The position numbers were made by a program, and so were the translations under genes. From Candidatus Saccharimonadota bacterium (GTDB lineage: Bacteria; Patescibacteriota; Saccharimonadia; Saccharimonadales; UBA10212), in the NCBI GenBank assembly GCA_043731125.1, contig JAYTJL010000038.1:1-28907 (forward strand): DNA of 28,907 nt, given 5' to 3'. The notes beneath the pieces are model-generated. The model was given only the letters and a program-made list of their open reading frames with translations, did no database searches and was not told the origin of the DNA. Of this stretch, positions 6,944 to 15,313 are shown piece by piece. Position 1 is the first letter of the stretch. Every line of letters starts with the position of its first letter.

Positions 6944-6957
6944 AAAGTAAAGTCAAC

Positions 6958-6987
6958 TTGACACTACTAATACACTTTAACTATACT
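6958..6987 (+). promoter_or_regulatory. Sigma70-type promoter for the Trx-DipZ-Grx operon
   Basis: TTGACA (6958-6963), 18 nt, TATACT (6982-6987); the -35 overlaps the inverted repeat GTCAA-C-TTGAC. Confidence 0.7.
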
Positions 6988-7023
6988 AGATACGTACACT
7001 AAATAACGTAAATGAGGGAAATC

Positions 7024-7512
7024 ATGAACAAAAAATTATTAATAATCGCGAGCATCGTTGCTGGGCTGTTTTTAGTAGGGGGTGTATTAGCATATTCAAG
7101 TGACCAAAGTAAGAAGAAAGATGCCGAACATGCTGCAATGATGAAAAAAGAAGGAGCAGCAGCCATGGAAAAAGAGAAAATGGCAAAAAATGGTGATGCA
7201 ATGTCAGTTAAGGGTAGCTACACGGCATATGATCAGAGTAAGCTGGCTAATGCCGAAAAAGGTGATGTAGTAATCTTCTTTCATGCTGGATGGTGTCCTA
7301 AGTGCCAAGAGTCCGATAAGAATTTCAATGCCAGTGCAACCCCAGACGGCTTAACGCTTCTAAAAATTGACTACGATAATTCTACCGAGCTAAAGCAAAA
7401 GTATGGCGTCACTATACAGCACACATATGTACAGGTCGACAAAAATGGCAACGAAATAAAGCAATGGAGCGGTAGCTACACATACGACGACTTGAAAAGC
7501 CAAATTAACTAA
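7024..7512 (+). CDS. Membrane-anchored extracytoplasmic thioredoxin
   Basis: N-terminal TM; FFHAGWCPKC; YGVTIQHT (cis-Pro-equivalent loop); GAGGG upstream of ATG 7024 (alternative start 7012). Confidence 0.85.
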   Translation: MNKKLLIIASIVAGLFLVGGVLAYSSDQSKKKDAEHAAMMKKEGAAAMEKEKMAKNGDAMSVKGSYTAYDQSKLANAEKGDVVIFFHAGWCPKCQESDKNFNASATPDGLTLLKIDYDNSTELKQKYGVTIQHTYVQVDKNGNEIKQWSGSYTYDDLKSQIN

Positions 7513-7532
7513 AGTACTGAGAAAGTAACCCG

Positions 7533-9257
7533 ATGTTTTTACTGTTTTCATCGTTTCTAGCTGGCATGCTGACTTCGTTAGCACCCTGTATGATCACGCT
7601 CTTGCCAGTTATTGTCGGGAACTCTTTAGTTCCTGACGGTGACGATAAGCTTGATCGTAAGAAACCGTATATTATTGCGGCGAGCTTGGCGGTGTCAGTA
7701 GTAATCTTTACGGTCATTCTAAAAGCATCGACTGTATTAATCGGAGTCGATCCTAAAATATGGCTCTATATCTCGGGCGGAATTGTTGTCATTCTTGGAA
7801 TAAGCATGCTATTCCCGAATCTTTGGGCAAAGATCAGTGCAAGACTGGGTTTTGAGCATAGTTCCAATAAGCTACTCGCAAGCGCCAACAAGCGCTCTGG
7901 CCTATGGGGACAGATCCTTACTGGTGCAGCGTTGGGACCAGTCTTTGCAAGCTGTAGCCCAGTCTATGCGCTGGTGCTGGCAACAGTCCTACCGATAAAT
8001 ATTGCACTCGGGATGGTTTACATTGTTGCCTTTGCCCTAGGGCTTGGACTTGCGCTTCTTTTGATTGCACTTGGTGGTCAACGAATTGTTAAACGACTCG
8101 GGTGGGCAGTTAACCCATACGGCTGGTTTAGGCGCGCGTTGGCAGTACTCCTCATAATTGTTGGCTTGATGATCATTGGCGGCTATGACAAGAAGTTTCA
8201 AACTTGGGTTATAGAGACGCTGCCTTTTGATGTAACCGATATAGAAGAAAGATTAATCCCAAAAAGCGAATCATCGTCAGGTTCTAAGAGTAGAGGCAGC
8301 AGTAGTATGGCAAAGTTCAATATAGATAATCCATATCAAGCTCCAGAGATTCACAATATTCAAAGCTGGATAAATAGCGATCCTCAGACACTCGAAAAGC
8401 TGAATGGCAAAGTAGTACTCATAGATTTCTGGACGTATTCTTGTATTAACTGCAAGCGAACTCAACCCTACTTAAACGCCTGGCACGATAAATACAATGA
8501 TGATGGGCTGGTTATACTTGGTATCCACGCTCCCGAGTTTGCATTTGAAAAAGTAACTAAGAACGTAGAAGATGCCGTCAAAGAAGCCAAGATTAAATAC
8601 CCTGTCGGACTAGATAATGACTTCTCGACTTGGCGAGCGTATGATAACCAGTTCTGGCCTGCAAAGTATCTGATAGATAAAGACGGTCAAGTTCGTTACA
8701 CGCACTTTGGCGAGGGTGAGTACGCAGAAACTGAACAGACTATACAGGTGTTGTTAAAAGAATCTGGTCAGAATGTAAGCGACAATATTGAGATAGAACG
8801 AAGTTCAACCTCATCAGTGCGCGGACAAACCCCAGAAACATATCTTGGTTTTGAACGCGCCGAACGGTTTGCTAATGCCGATCAATTTATAGCCAATAAA
8901 CCAGTAGACTATGTGCTTATGGATAGCCTCAAAGAACACGAATGGTCTATTGGCGGCCAATGGCAAATTAACGATGAATCAAGTCAAAGCCTTGCAGCGG
9001 GCACCAAGCTCAACATTAATTTCTCAGCAAAGGAAGTATATCTAGTTATGAGTGGCCCGCCTGGAGCACTGGTTGGAGTATCAGCTGAGGGATTAGATAA
9101 GCCTGGTGGAGCGGACGTCAACGCGCAGGACAAAGTAAGAATTAACGGGGCACGACTGTATAAAATTGTAAATGCCGATAAATATTTAACTAATAAGAAA
9201 CTAACTTTAACATTTCCAGCTGGCGTTACCATTAACGCATTTACATTTGGTGGTTAA
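7533..9257 (+). CDS. dipZ: DipZ-type fusion: CcdA TM domain + TlpA thioredoxin + DipZ C-terminal domain
   Basis: SLAPCMITLLP and FASCSPVY (CcdA cysteines); LIDFWTYSCINC; HAPEFAFEK; TPETYLG; NAFTFG end. Confidence 0.9.
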   Translation: MFLLFSSFLAGMLTSLAPCMITLLPVIVGNSLVPDGDDKLDRKKPYIIAASLAVSVVIFTVILKASTVLIGVDPKIWLYISGGIVVILGISMLFPNLWAKISARLGFEHSSNKLLASANKRSGLWGQILTGAALGPVFASCSPVYALVLATVLPINIALGMVYIVAFALGLGLALLLIALGGQRIVKRLGWAVNPYGWFRRALAVLLIIVGLMIIGGYDKKFQTWVIETLPFDVTDIEERLIPKSESSSGSKSRGSSSMAKFNIDNPYQAPEIHNIQSWINSDPQTLEKLNGKVVLIDFWTYSCINCKRTQPYLNAWHDKYNDDGLVILGIHAPEFAFEKVTKNVEDAVKEAKIKYPVGLDNDFSTWRAYDNQFWPAKYLIDKDGQVRYTHFGEGEYAETEQTIQVLLKESGQNVSDNIEIERSSTSSVRGQTPETYLGFERAERFANADQFIANKPVDYVLMDSLKEHEWSIGGQWQINDESSQSLAAGTKLNINFSAKEVYLVMSGPPGALVGVSAEGLDKPGGADVNAQDKVRINGARLYKIVNADKYLTNKKLTLTFPAGVTINAFTFGG

Positions 9258-9277
9258 TAAACTCATAAGGAGGTCCA

Positions 9278-9526
9278 ATGGATATAACAATATACTCAAC
9301 AACAACCTGCGCCTTTTGCCACGTATTGACTGCCTGGCTTGATAAAGAGAAGATACCCTACACCAAAAAAAATACCGACGAGGATGAATCGGCATTAGCC
9401 GATTTTATGATTGTTAATGACGGGAATCTAGGAGTTCCGTTTACGGTCATAAAAGACGGAAACGGCAATGAGACTAAAATTCTTGGTTTCGACCAAGCAA
9501 AATTCAAACAAGTTCTTGGTATCTAG
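9278..9526 (+). CDS. Glutaredoxin-like (NrdH/YruB-type) redoxin
   Basis: IYSTTTCAFC, GVPFTVI, ILGFD; SD AAGGAGG. Confidence 0.85.
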   Translation: MDITIYSTTTCAFCHVLTAWLDKEKIPYTKKNTDEDESALADFMIVNDGNLGVPFTVIKDGNGNETKILGFDQAKFKQVLGI

Positions 9527-9616
9527 TCACGACAATTAATAAGTGTAGCCTAGCATAAAGCGAACCTAAACCAGGTGGTTGGGATAATTGGTTGGAATCT
9601 AGCTGCGGGGGCCCGC

Positions 9617-9639
9617 AGAAATATTAATCATTCCAAGCT
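9617..9639 (+). repeat. Direct repeat copy 2 (att-like)
   Basis: AGAAATATTAATCATTCCAAGCT; directly abuts the TATACT -10 of uppP. Confidence 0.85.
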
Positions 9640-9653
9640 ATACTAGTGTTAGT

Positions 9654-10457
9654 ATGGACGCTTTGCATGCAATCATTCTGGGCATAGTTGAAGGACTGAC
9701 TGAGTTTTTACCCATTAGCAGTACGGGCCATTTAATTATTGCCGAACACTACATTCAGTTTAAAGATACTGCAGAAATTTTTACAGTGTCGGTGCAGGCA
9801 GGAGCGATAGCGGCTGTCATTTGGTACTACCGAAAAGATATATCTTCTAGAATTAGCGGGTTTTTCCGGCGGGACAGGGCACAAGTCGAATTTATGAAAA
9901 ATCTGTCCATAGCTACAGCACCGGCACTGGTGCTAGCCTTCTTGCTTAAAGATGAATTTGATAAATATGCCAAGCCATCAGTTGTAGCATTTGCTCTCAT
10001 AGCCGGTGCTGGCGTGTTGTGGTGGACAGATAAAAAGTTTCCGCCTCATAAAGAAAAAGCCGTACCAAACCTTGATAAGCTAACTACCAAAAATGCACTT
10101 TTTGCTGGGCTGGCCCAATGTATCGCGATCATACCAGGTGTATCGCGAAGTGGCGCCTCTATAGTTGGTGGTATGTTTGGCGGAATGAGTAGAGTTAACT
10201 CAGCTGCGTTGTCTTTTTATATGGCTGTCCCGATCATTTTACTTGCTACGGCTTATAAACTGTTTAGTGGTCGCAACGAACTAGCTATCAGTGTTGATGG
10301 AGGGGTGCAAAGCATTGTCATTGGAGTGGTAGTGTCGTTTGCGGTGGCATTAGTAGCAATATCTTGGCTCATTAAATATGTATCCAATCACAGTTTCAAG
10401 CTGTTTATTTATTACCGAATTGTGCTTGGGCTGTTAGTTCTGGCGCTACTAAATTAG
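9654..10457 (+). CDS. uppP: Undecaprenyl-diphosphate phosphatase
   Basis: LGIVEGLTEFLPISSTGH; AQCIAIIPGVSRSGASI. Confidence 0.96.
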   Translation: MDALHAIILGIVEGLTEFLPISSTGHLIIAEHYIQFKDTAEIFTVSVQAGAIAAVIWYYRKDISSRISGFFRRDRAQVEFMKNLSIATAPALVLAFLLKDEFDKYAKPSVVAFALIAGAGVLWWTDKKFPPHKEKAVPNLDKLTTKNALFAGLAQCIAIIPGVSRSGASIVGGMFGGMSRVNSAALSFYMAVPIILLATAYKLFSGRNELAISVDGGVQSIVIGVVVSFAVALVAISWLIKYVSNHSFKLFIYYRIVLGLLVLALLN

Positions 10458-11487
10458 AAACAGCCAATTTGCCGAGGGTGCCTTCGCTGCGCTCTATTAG
10501 TATAGGAACACCTGCTAGTCTTTCAGTCTCACGGTCTAGTAGTCTAACTATTGATTCAAAATCATCTTCTGTCTCGACGGGTACTATGTCGCCAACAAAC
10601 CACCTGGCGGACTTGTCGTCAATTACCATTGTTGCAGGCAGAGCTAGTTTGCAAGTGTTTTGCAGGGTTAAGCGCAAGGGGCGACTGACTGCTTTTCTAT
10701 TGAGGGCAACTACAACGTCGTTTTCTATAATTTCGTTAATTGTGCTCGCTGTTGGGTCTATTGTCATCCAGGCACTCTTGCCTGACTCTGTTAATGTTGC
10801 CAGGTGGTCTTGCATTGCGTCTTTACCTGAATGATTCATGTACCGTCTTAACTCCTTAGAGTATCCATAGCCAATTGTACTTTTTGTTGGAGGAGGAGTC
10901 TTGACGATAGTTGCTGTTGCACCAAGTACATCCATTGTAGGGATGCCGTTAAAGGTGGTAATTGCTAAGGCAGGGTTGATAGCTAGAATATTCTGTCGTC
11001 GAAAACTAAACAAATCGAAATCATCAGCTGTATCAGCAGCTTTGCTCATAGCGTAGGCGTTGGCAGCGCTGTATATTGCCAGAGCCATCACGTTCGGATG
11101 AAAACTAACAGTAGCAATATTCGAATTAGGCTGAGCTAGCATATGTTGAATGGTCGGTACAGACCTGCCAATGTCATTGGCATACTTTTCAAAGTTGCCA
11201 GTCCCCATAATGCTGTCAGCGCTAAGGCGGATTAGTTCTAAGATGCCAGCTTGTAGATTGATGCGTTCGTCGTTGGTTGATGTGTCTGGAATTTCATGGG
11301 TGATGAGTGCCTGATCAACCGACTGAAAAGGGAAGTTAGTAGTGTCATTAGGCAAAAAACCAATTCGGTTTTGAGGGTCGTGTCTTTTCTTAAGTGAAGT
11401 GATCCAGTCAATAGAAGTACTGTAGAACTGGTTTTGGTATTCCTCTGCTGGCTGTCTGTTATAATTTTTTATCATTGAATTGAGCAT
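10405..11487 (-). CDS. Hypothetical protein, possibly a divergent lysophospholipid-acyltransferase (LPLAT)-like fold
   Basis: Long ORF with protein-like composition; TVSFHPNVMAL lies where LPLATs carry the H-x4-D/E motif, but the acid is missing; start at 11487 chosen because the extension to 11583 looks non-coding. Confidence 0.5.
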   Translation of the reverse strand: MLNSMIKNYNRQPAEEYQNQFYSTSIDWITSLKKRHDPQNRIGFLPNDTTNFPFQSVDQALITHEIPDTSTNDERINLQAGILELIRLSADSIMGTGNFEKYANDIGRSVPTIQHMLAQPNSNIATVSFHPNVMALAIYSAANAYAMSKAADTADDFDLFSFRRQNILAINPALAITTFNGIPTMDVLGATATIVKTPPPTKSTIGYGYSKELRRYMNHSGKDAMQDHLATLTESGKSAWMTIDPTASTINEIIENDVVVALNRKAVSRPLRLTLQNTCKLALPATMVIDDKSARWFVGDIVPVETEDDFESIVRLLDRETERLAGVPILIERSEGTLGKLAVSNLVAPELTAQAQFGNK

Positions 11488-11743
11488 ATCAAAGCCAACC
11501 TGGATAGTGAAAAGTACTACGTTCAAAAACAAAGTACATGGTAATATTAAAGTCCGTTCGATTAACAAATAATTAGAACTCATCCCAGAAGGTAACTTTC
11601 TGCTCCAAAAAGACTCTCACTGTCTGCAAGATGATTTTTGCTTCTCGACGTAGCTATGGCTACGTCTCGTCGCAATAAATCGTCTTTCGCTAAGTGACTT
11701 TTGTCATTCTGGACAATGAAAGCACTTCCGAGATGAATCCTAG

Positions 11744-11924
11744 ATGCTGGAACCCCGTGTGAATCGGGGACTGTGCCGCAACGGTAAAAACCATGAGAAA
11801 CCCCTCCGCGGTTTCTCATCGCGCCGGGAGAATGAAATACATTTTCTCGGGCTGCTCATCCGGGTATAAAGATGAGCAAGTTGAAGTCCGATACAGCAAC
11901 ACGTAAACTAACTCCCGTGCAGGA
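11744..11924 (+). ncRNA. Cobalamin (B12) riboswitch, variant with a three-hairpin P6 extension
   Basis: TGCTG-GAA-CCCC-GTGTGAATC-GGGG-A-CTG-TGCCG-CAA-CGGTAA ... AAG-TCCG-ATA-CAGCA four-way junction; downstream hairpin TCC-CGTGCA-GGA can kiss L5 TGCCG. Confidence 0.78.
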
Positions 11925-11954
11925 TAAGGTACTTTATACCTCAAGTATTTTATA

Positions 11955-11982
11955 ACCCTGTCAGAGAGACAGGGTATTTTTT
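11955..11982 (+). terminator. Intrinsic terminator (riboswitch expression platform) ending at the ATG of the next gene
   Basis: ACCCTGTC-AGAGA-GACAGGGT then A-TTTTTT, then ATG 11983. Confidence 0.7.
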
Positions 11983-13377
11983 ATGGCCGCGACAGCCGAA
12001 CGATCACAACACATAGGGTTTGACGAGTACTACTACGAGACGGCCCGCAAGATAGCGTTGGCTCCTTATATCGGTCGTACAGCACTTCAGGAGAATTTTG
12101 CTGGAGTAGAACAACGCAAGACAGATGAAGTAATCGACGGCATTGCTGAAGCAATACCAGGTGTAGTCAAAAATCTGCGGCCATACGATGTGGTTGATGG
12201 TGTATTGGTAGCTGAGGATGGTCAGCCCATGGAGGAGTTGCTAGTAAATGGAGTCAGTCATTCCATGAAATTGGCATCAGGAGATAGCCTGCTCGCGCAG
12301 TTTGGTCCGTCCAGGGCTAGACACGAGCTGAACGAGGCTAGGTTGTGGCAATCTATGGTAAACGGTGAGGGTGGCTACAATACGCTCCTTGTACTCTCAC
12401 CGTATAGCGAGGAGTACCTGACCGACGAGACAGTAGTTAAATTGCAACGGGCTGGCCAAGAACCAAAAACCAAGCGTGCAATGCTAAGAATCGCCCACTG
12501 GGATGGTCAACAACTGCATGTGCTAACACGCTCTATAGATAATTCGAGTGTTGCTATGTTACAGGAAGCTTCAGTGCGACATGATGGCTATAGGTATAAT
12601 GCAAAAAACTCGACAGAAATGTTGGGTGAGCGCCGTGAGTTGAACATGGGCAAAGAACAGGTAGTCAACTTTGCTCGTGGGCTGGTTGTCGAAGCAGATA
12701 GGCTGATTAGTCAAAACATTCGTGAACAAACAATTCAAGGTAGACCAGCAAGGGAGGCACATGACACACAGCAATATGTGCAGTCCCAGCAACAGATAAT
12801 CAGTAGCCTTGTGCGGATTAGTCGGCAGCTAGCGAGCGACCACACAACTTATGAAAGTTACAAGAAAGCTTGGGAAAAACAGCTCTACGACCATACAGCA
12901 CTCATTAAAGAACGAATGCTCGGAAACGACACTCGAATTATTGAAGATGTTGGACGAGCAGCATCAGCATCCGGTGTTGGGGCTGAATCAAGGGGTGAGA
13001 CATATAATATGTGTGGCACGATAATTTCGGCCAATGGAGAGTCGCGCGCTGGCGAAGGTATTGGCATGGAGTCGGTTAAGAATTTGATTGGAAGAAAAGT
13101 TACATGTCCTGAGTGCAAAGAAAAAGTAGAAATACCCACCAGTAAATTAAACGAAGACATATTGTGTTGTCCAGATTGTAAGTACGAGGTGGAAGTTTGC
13201 ACGGGGCAGGTTATTACCAAATCGCAGAAGGGCTCCAACAACCCAAGCTCAGATAGGATGAGTATCTACGACGTTGTAGCACAAGAATTTTCCAAGAATA
13301 TGCGCAGGATTGATAGCTCCATAGCAGTGCGTAAAATTGCCAAGCAAGAGAAGGAAGAGTTAGAAAGAGCTACTTAG
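11983..13377 (+). CDS. Hypothetical 464-aa protein with C-terminal zinc-ribbon
   Basis: NMCG, CPEC, CCPDC and VC cysteines; no TM or signal peptide apparent; no family recognised. Confidence 0.75.
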   Translation: MAATAERSQHIGFDEYYYETARKIALAPYIGRTALQENFAGVEQRKTDEVIDGIAEAIPGVVKNLRPYDVVDGVLVAEDGQPMEELLVNGVSHSMKLASGDSLLAQFGPSRARHELNEARLWQSMVNGEGGYNTLLVLSPYSEEYLTDETVVKLQRAGQEPKTKRAMLRIAHWDGQQLHVLTRSIDNSSVAMLQEASVRHDGYRYNAKNSTEMLGERRELNMGKEQVVNFARGLVVEADRLISQNIREQTIQGRPAREAHDTQQYVQSQQQIISSLVRISRQLASDHTTYESYKKAWEKQLYDHTALIKERMLGNDTRIIEDVGRAASASGVGAESRGETYNMCGTIISANGESRAGEGIGMESVKNLIGRKVTCPECKEKVEIPTSKLNEDILCCPDCKYEVEVCTGQVITKSQKGSNNPSSDRMSIYDVVAQEFSKNMRRIDSSIAVRKIAKQEKEELERAT

Positions 13378-15161
13378 AGTTTGGACGGCTTGACTTTAGC
13401 CAGTGCTGCGACATTTTCGACAATACTGTGACCTAGCTTTTTGTGATGTTCGGCATTTGCCTGACGCATTTCGTCTATGCCGTCGTCTCGTTTTTTCAGG
13501 TGTTCGATATGTTTGTCACGGTATTTACTAAATTCATTTTTAGAAAGTTTAGTTCTTTTAACAAAAGAACTAATTTTTTCGCTACCAATATAGTTAGGCA
13601 ACATCACATAGCTGGCGCCGTGCTCATATAGTTCTTCGGCGTGCTTGGGGGTGTCTCCCATACAAATGACGGCAGTGTCTGGGTTTTTGCGGTCGATATA
13701 TTCTAAAAGTAGATCTGTTGTTATCCGGTCGGAAATGACGGAGACAACTAATTTAGCGTCTTCAACGCTAATCTCTTCTAAAAATTCCGGATCGGCCGCA
13801 TCACCGTAGAGGCAGTGAATTTTTTTATGTTCCATAGCCTCTATCATTTCAGGGTCATAGTCTACTACTACGTAAGACTTTTTAAGTTCTTGAAAAACTC
13901 GTAAAAATTCATGCCCACCTTTTTGGTACCCGAAAAGCACCAGGTCATACTTTTGTCTGTGTTCGTGCTCTGGACGCGGTTTGTTTCTTTCAATTCTTTG
14001 TAAGAATTTTTCTAGTCTCATGTAAATAGGGTTAAGGTAGGTAATTATGTAAGTTGATGACGCAATTGAGAGAAGAGATATTATTGTAATTGCAGTGAGC
14101 AGTTCTTTCCCTGCAATACCCTGGCCTATTGCCAGTGCAACAAATATGATTGAAAATTCACCAGCCTGACCCAGCATTGCTGAGGATTTAAAACTAGTCT
14201 GCTTGGTATAGCCCATAGCGGAAACGGTTAATAACCCAATGAACGGCTTTAGAACAATAACAACAAAAAGGCCAAACAAAACTACAGGTAGCATACCTCC
14301 AAAATCTTCTAGGTGTAATTGCGAGCCGAGTGTAATAAAGAACAGTACTATAAAAAAGTCACGCAGTGGTTTTAGTCTAAGGCTAACCTCCCCAGCAAAT
14401 GGAAGTGAAGACAAGCAGATACCTGCAAAGAGTGCGCCAACTTCCTGGGAAAAACCAATCGCTTCAAAGAGTGCTGCACTTCCAAAGCCCCAGCTGATAG
14501 CCGATAGGAACAAGAATTCCTGGCTGCCCGCCACCGTTCTTTGAAGTATGCGCTTGGTGAGCAACTTTGCACTGATTTGGTACATGATGTAACCAATTGC
14601 AATGCCTTTTATTGCGAGAAACAGCAGGGAAGTTACGGAAAACGACTCTCCCGAGTCCTTGGCCGCTAAAAATAGCAGTGCTATTGTAGCTGCTATGTCC
14701 TCAATTAGTGTCATGCCGATGGCAATCTTACCGTAGAGTCTAGACTGCTCGCGTTTATCTGCCAGTAATTTTAGGACAACAATTGTACTGCTGAAAGAGA
14801 GTGCAACCCCTAGAATTAAAGCCTCGGTAGAACTCAAACCGAGCGCTTTACCACCAAACCACCCCAGCATAGCGGTCACAAAAATAGTCATAGCACCAGA
14901 TGTGCCTACCACTTTGCCTACTTCTTTTACGACTTTAGGGTTAAGACCTAGTCCAATGATGAATAGCAGTAATGCGACGCCAATTTCTGAGAAATTTTTG
15001 AATGTCTCTGGGTCTGAGATGAGGTTAAACGCTGCCGGGCCGACCAATATTCCTGTGATAATATGACCTATGATCATTGGCTGACCTATCAACCGCATCC
15101 CTAGGGATATCAGTGTTGCGAGTACCAGAATAAGGCTGAGGCCCGAAAATACGTTCTCCAC
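13374..15161 (-). CDS. CPA2-family cation/H+ antiporter with C-terminal KTN/TrkA-N domain (Kef-type K+ efflux)
   Basis: IGVALLLFIIGL, SFSSTIVVLKLL, PLRDFFIVLFF, LGQAGEFS; FGYQKGG..VVVDYD..LYGDAAD; SD AAAGGAGG before GTG. Confidence 0.92.
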   Translation of the reverse strand: MENVFSGLSLILVLATLISLGMRLIGQPMIIGHIITGILVGPAAFNLISDPETFKNFSEIGVALLLFIIGLGLNPKVVKEVGKVVGTSGAMTIFVTAMLGWFGGKALGLSSTEALILGVALSFSSTIVVLKLLADKREQSRLYGKIAIGMTLIEDIAATIALLFLAAKDSGESFSVTSLLFLAIKGIAIGYIMYQISAKLLTKRILQRTVAGSQEFLFLSAISWGFGSAALFEAIGFSQEVGALFAGICLSSLPFAGEVSLRLKPLRDFFIVLFFITLGSQLHLEDFGGMLPVVLFGLFVVIVLKPFIGLLTVSAMGYTKQTSFKSSAMLGQAGEFSIIFVALAIGQGIAGKELLTAITIISLLSIASSTYIITYLNPIYMRLEKFLQRIERNKPRPEHEHRQKYDLVLFGYQKGGHEFLRVFQELKKSYVVVDYDPEMIEAMEHKKIHCLYGDAADPEFLEEISVEDAKLVVSVISDRITTDLLLEYIDRKNPDTAVICMGDTPKHAEELYEHGASYVMLPNYIGSEKISSFVKRTKLSKNEFSKYRDKHIEHLKKRDDGIDEMRQANAEHHKKLGHSIVENVAALAKVKPSKL

Positions 15162-15181
15162 TATAAACCTCCTTTCGGAAG

Positions 15182-15240
15182 TTTAATTTTCAATTTACAA
15201 TTTATAATTTTCATTAAATTTACAGTTATCAATTGCTCAA
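15182..15240 (+). repeat. Degenerate 7-nt-period AT-rich tract (TTT[AT]CAA-like)
   Basis: ttttcaa tttacaa tttataa ttttcat taaa tttacag ttatcaa ttgctcaa. Confidence 0.6.
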
Positions 15241-15313
15241 ATAACCCAAACTGCTACAGACAGTTGAATATCTAATACTTATCACTTTTCTATTTTAACC
15301 TTTATGGTTATGG

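Larger units (their letters stand above)
5419..9616. mobile_element. Putative tRNA-linked genomic islet (no integrase) carrying a redox module
   Basis: Bounded by 23-bp direct repeats; the right copy is preceded by a degenerate resemblance to the tRNA 3' end (TGGTTGGAATCTAG vs TGGTTCGAATCCAG). Confidence 0.55.

Noticed and set aside
5419-9616. Active prophage, ICE or transposon
   Set aside because: No integrase, transposase, relaxase or phage structural gene is present; only the repeat boundaries remain.
9603-9618. GC hairpin CTGCGG-GGGC-CCGCAG as terminator of the redox operon
   Set aside because: No U-tract follows on the plus strand and it overlaps the att-like remnant; function ambiguous.
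11580-11819. 79-aa minus-strand ORF (MRNRGGVSHG...)
   Set aside because: It is the antisense of the riboswitch hairpins; no protein features.
11700-11930. c-di-AMP (ydaO), FMN or SAM riboswitch as alternative identity
   Set aside because: Their hallmark segments are missing, whereas the T-loop/L5/P6/J6-3 order and kissing-loop complement fit cobalamin riboswitches.
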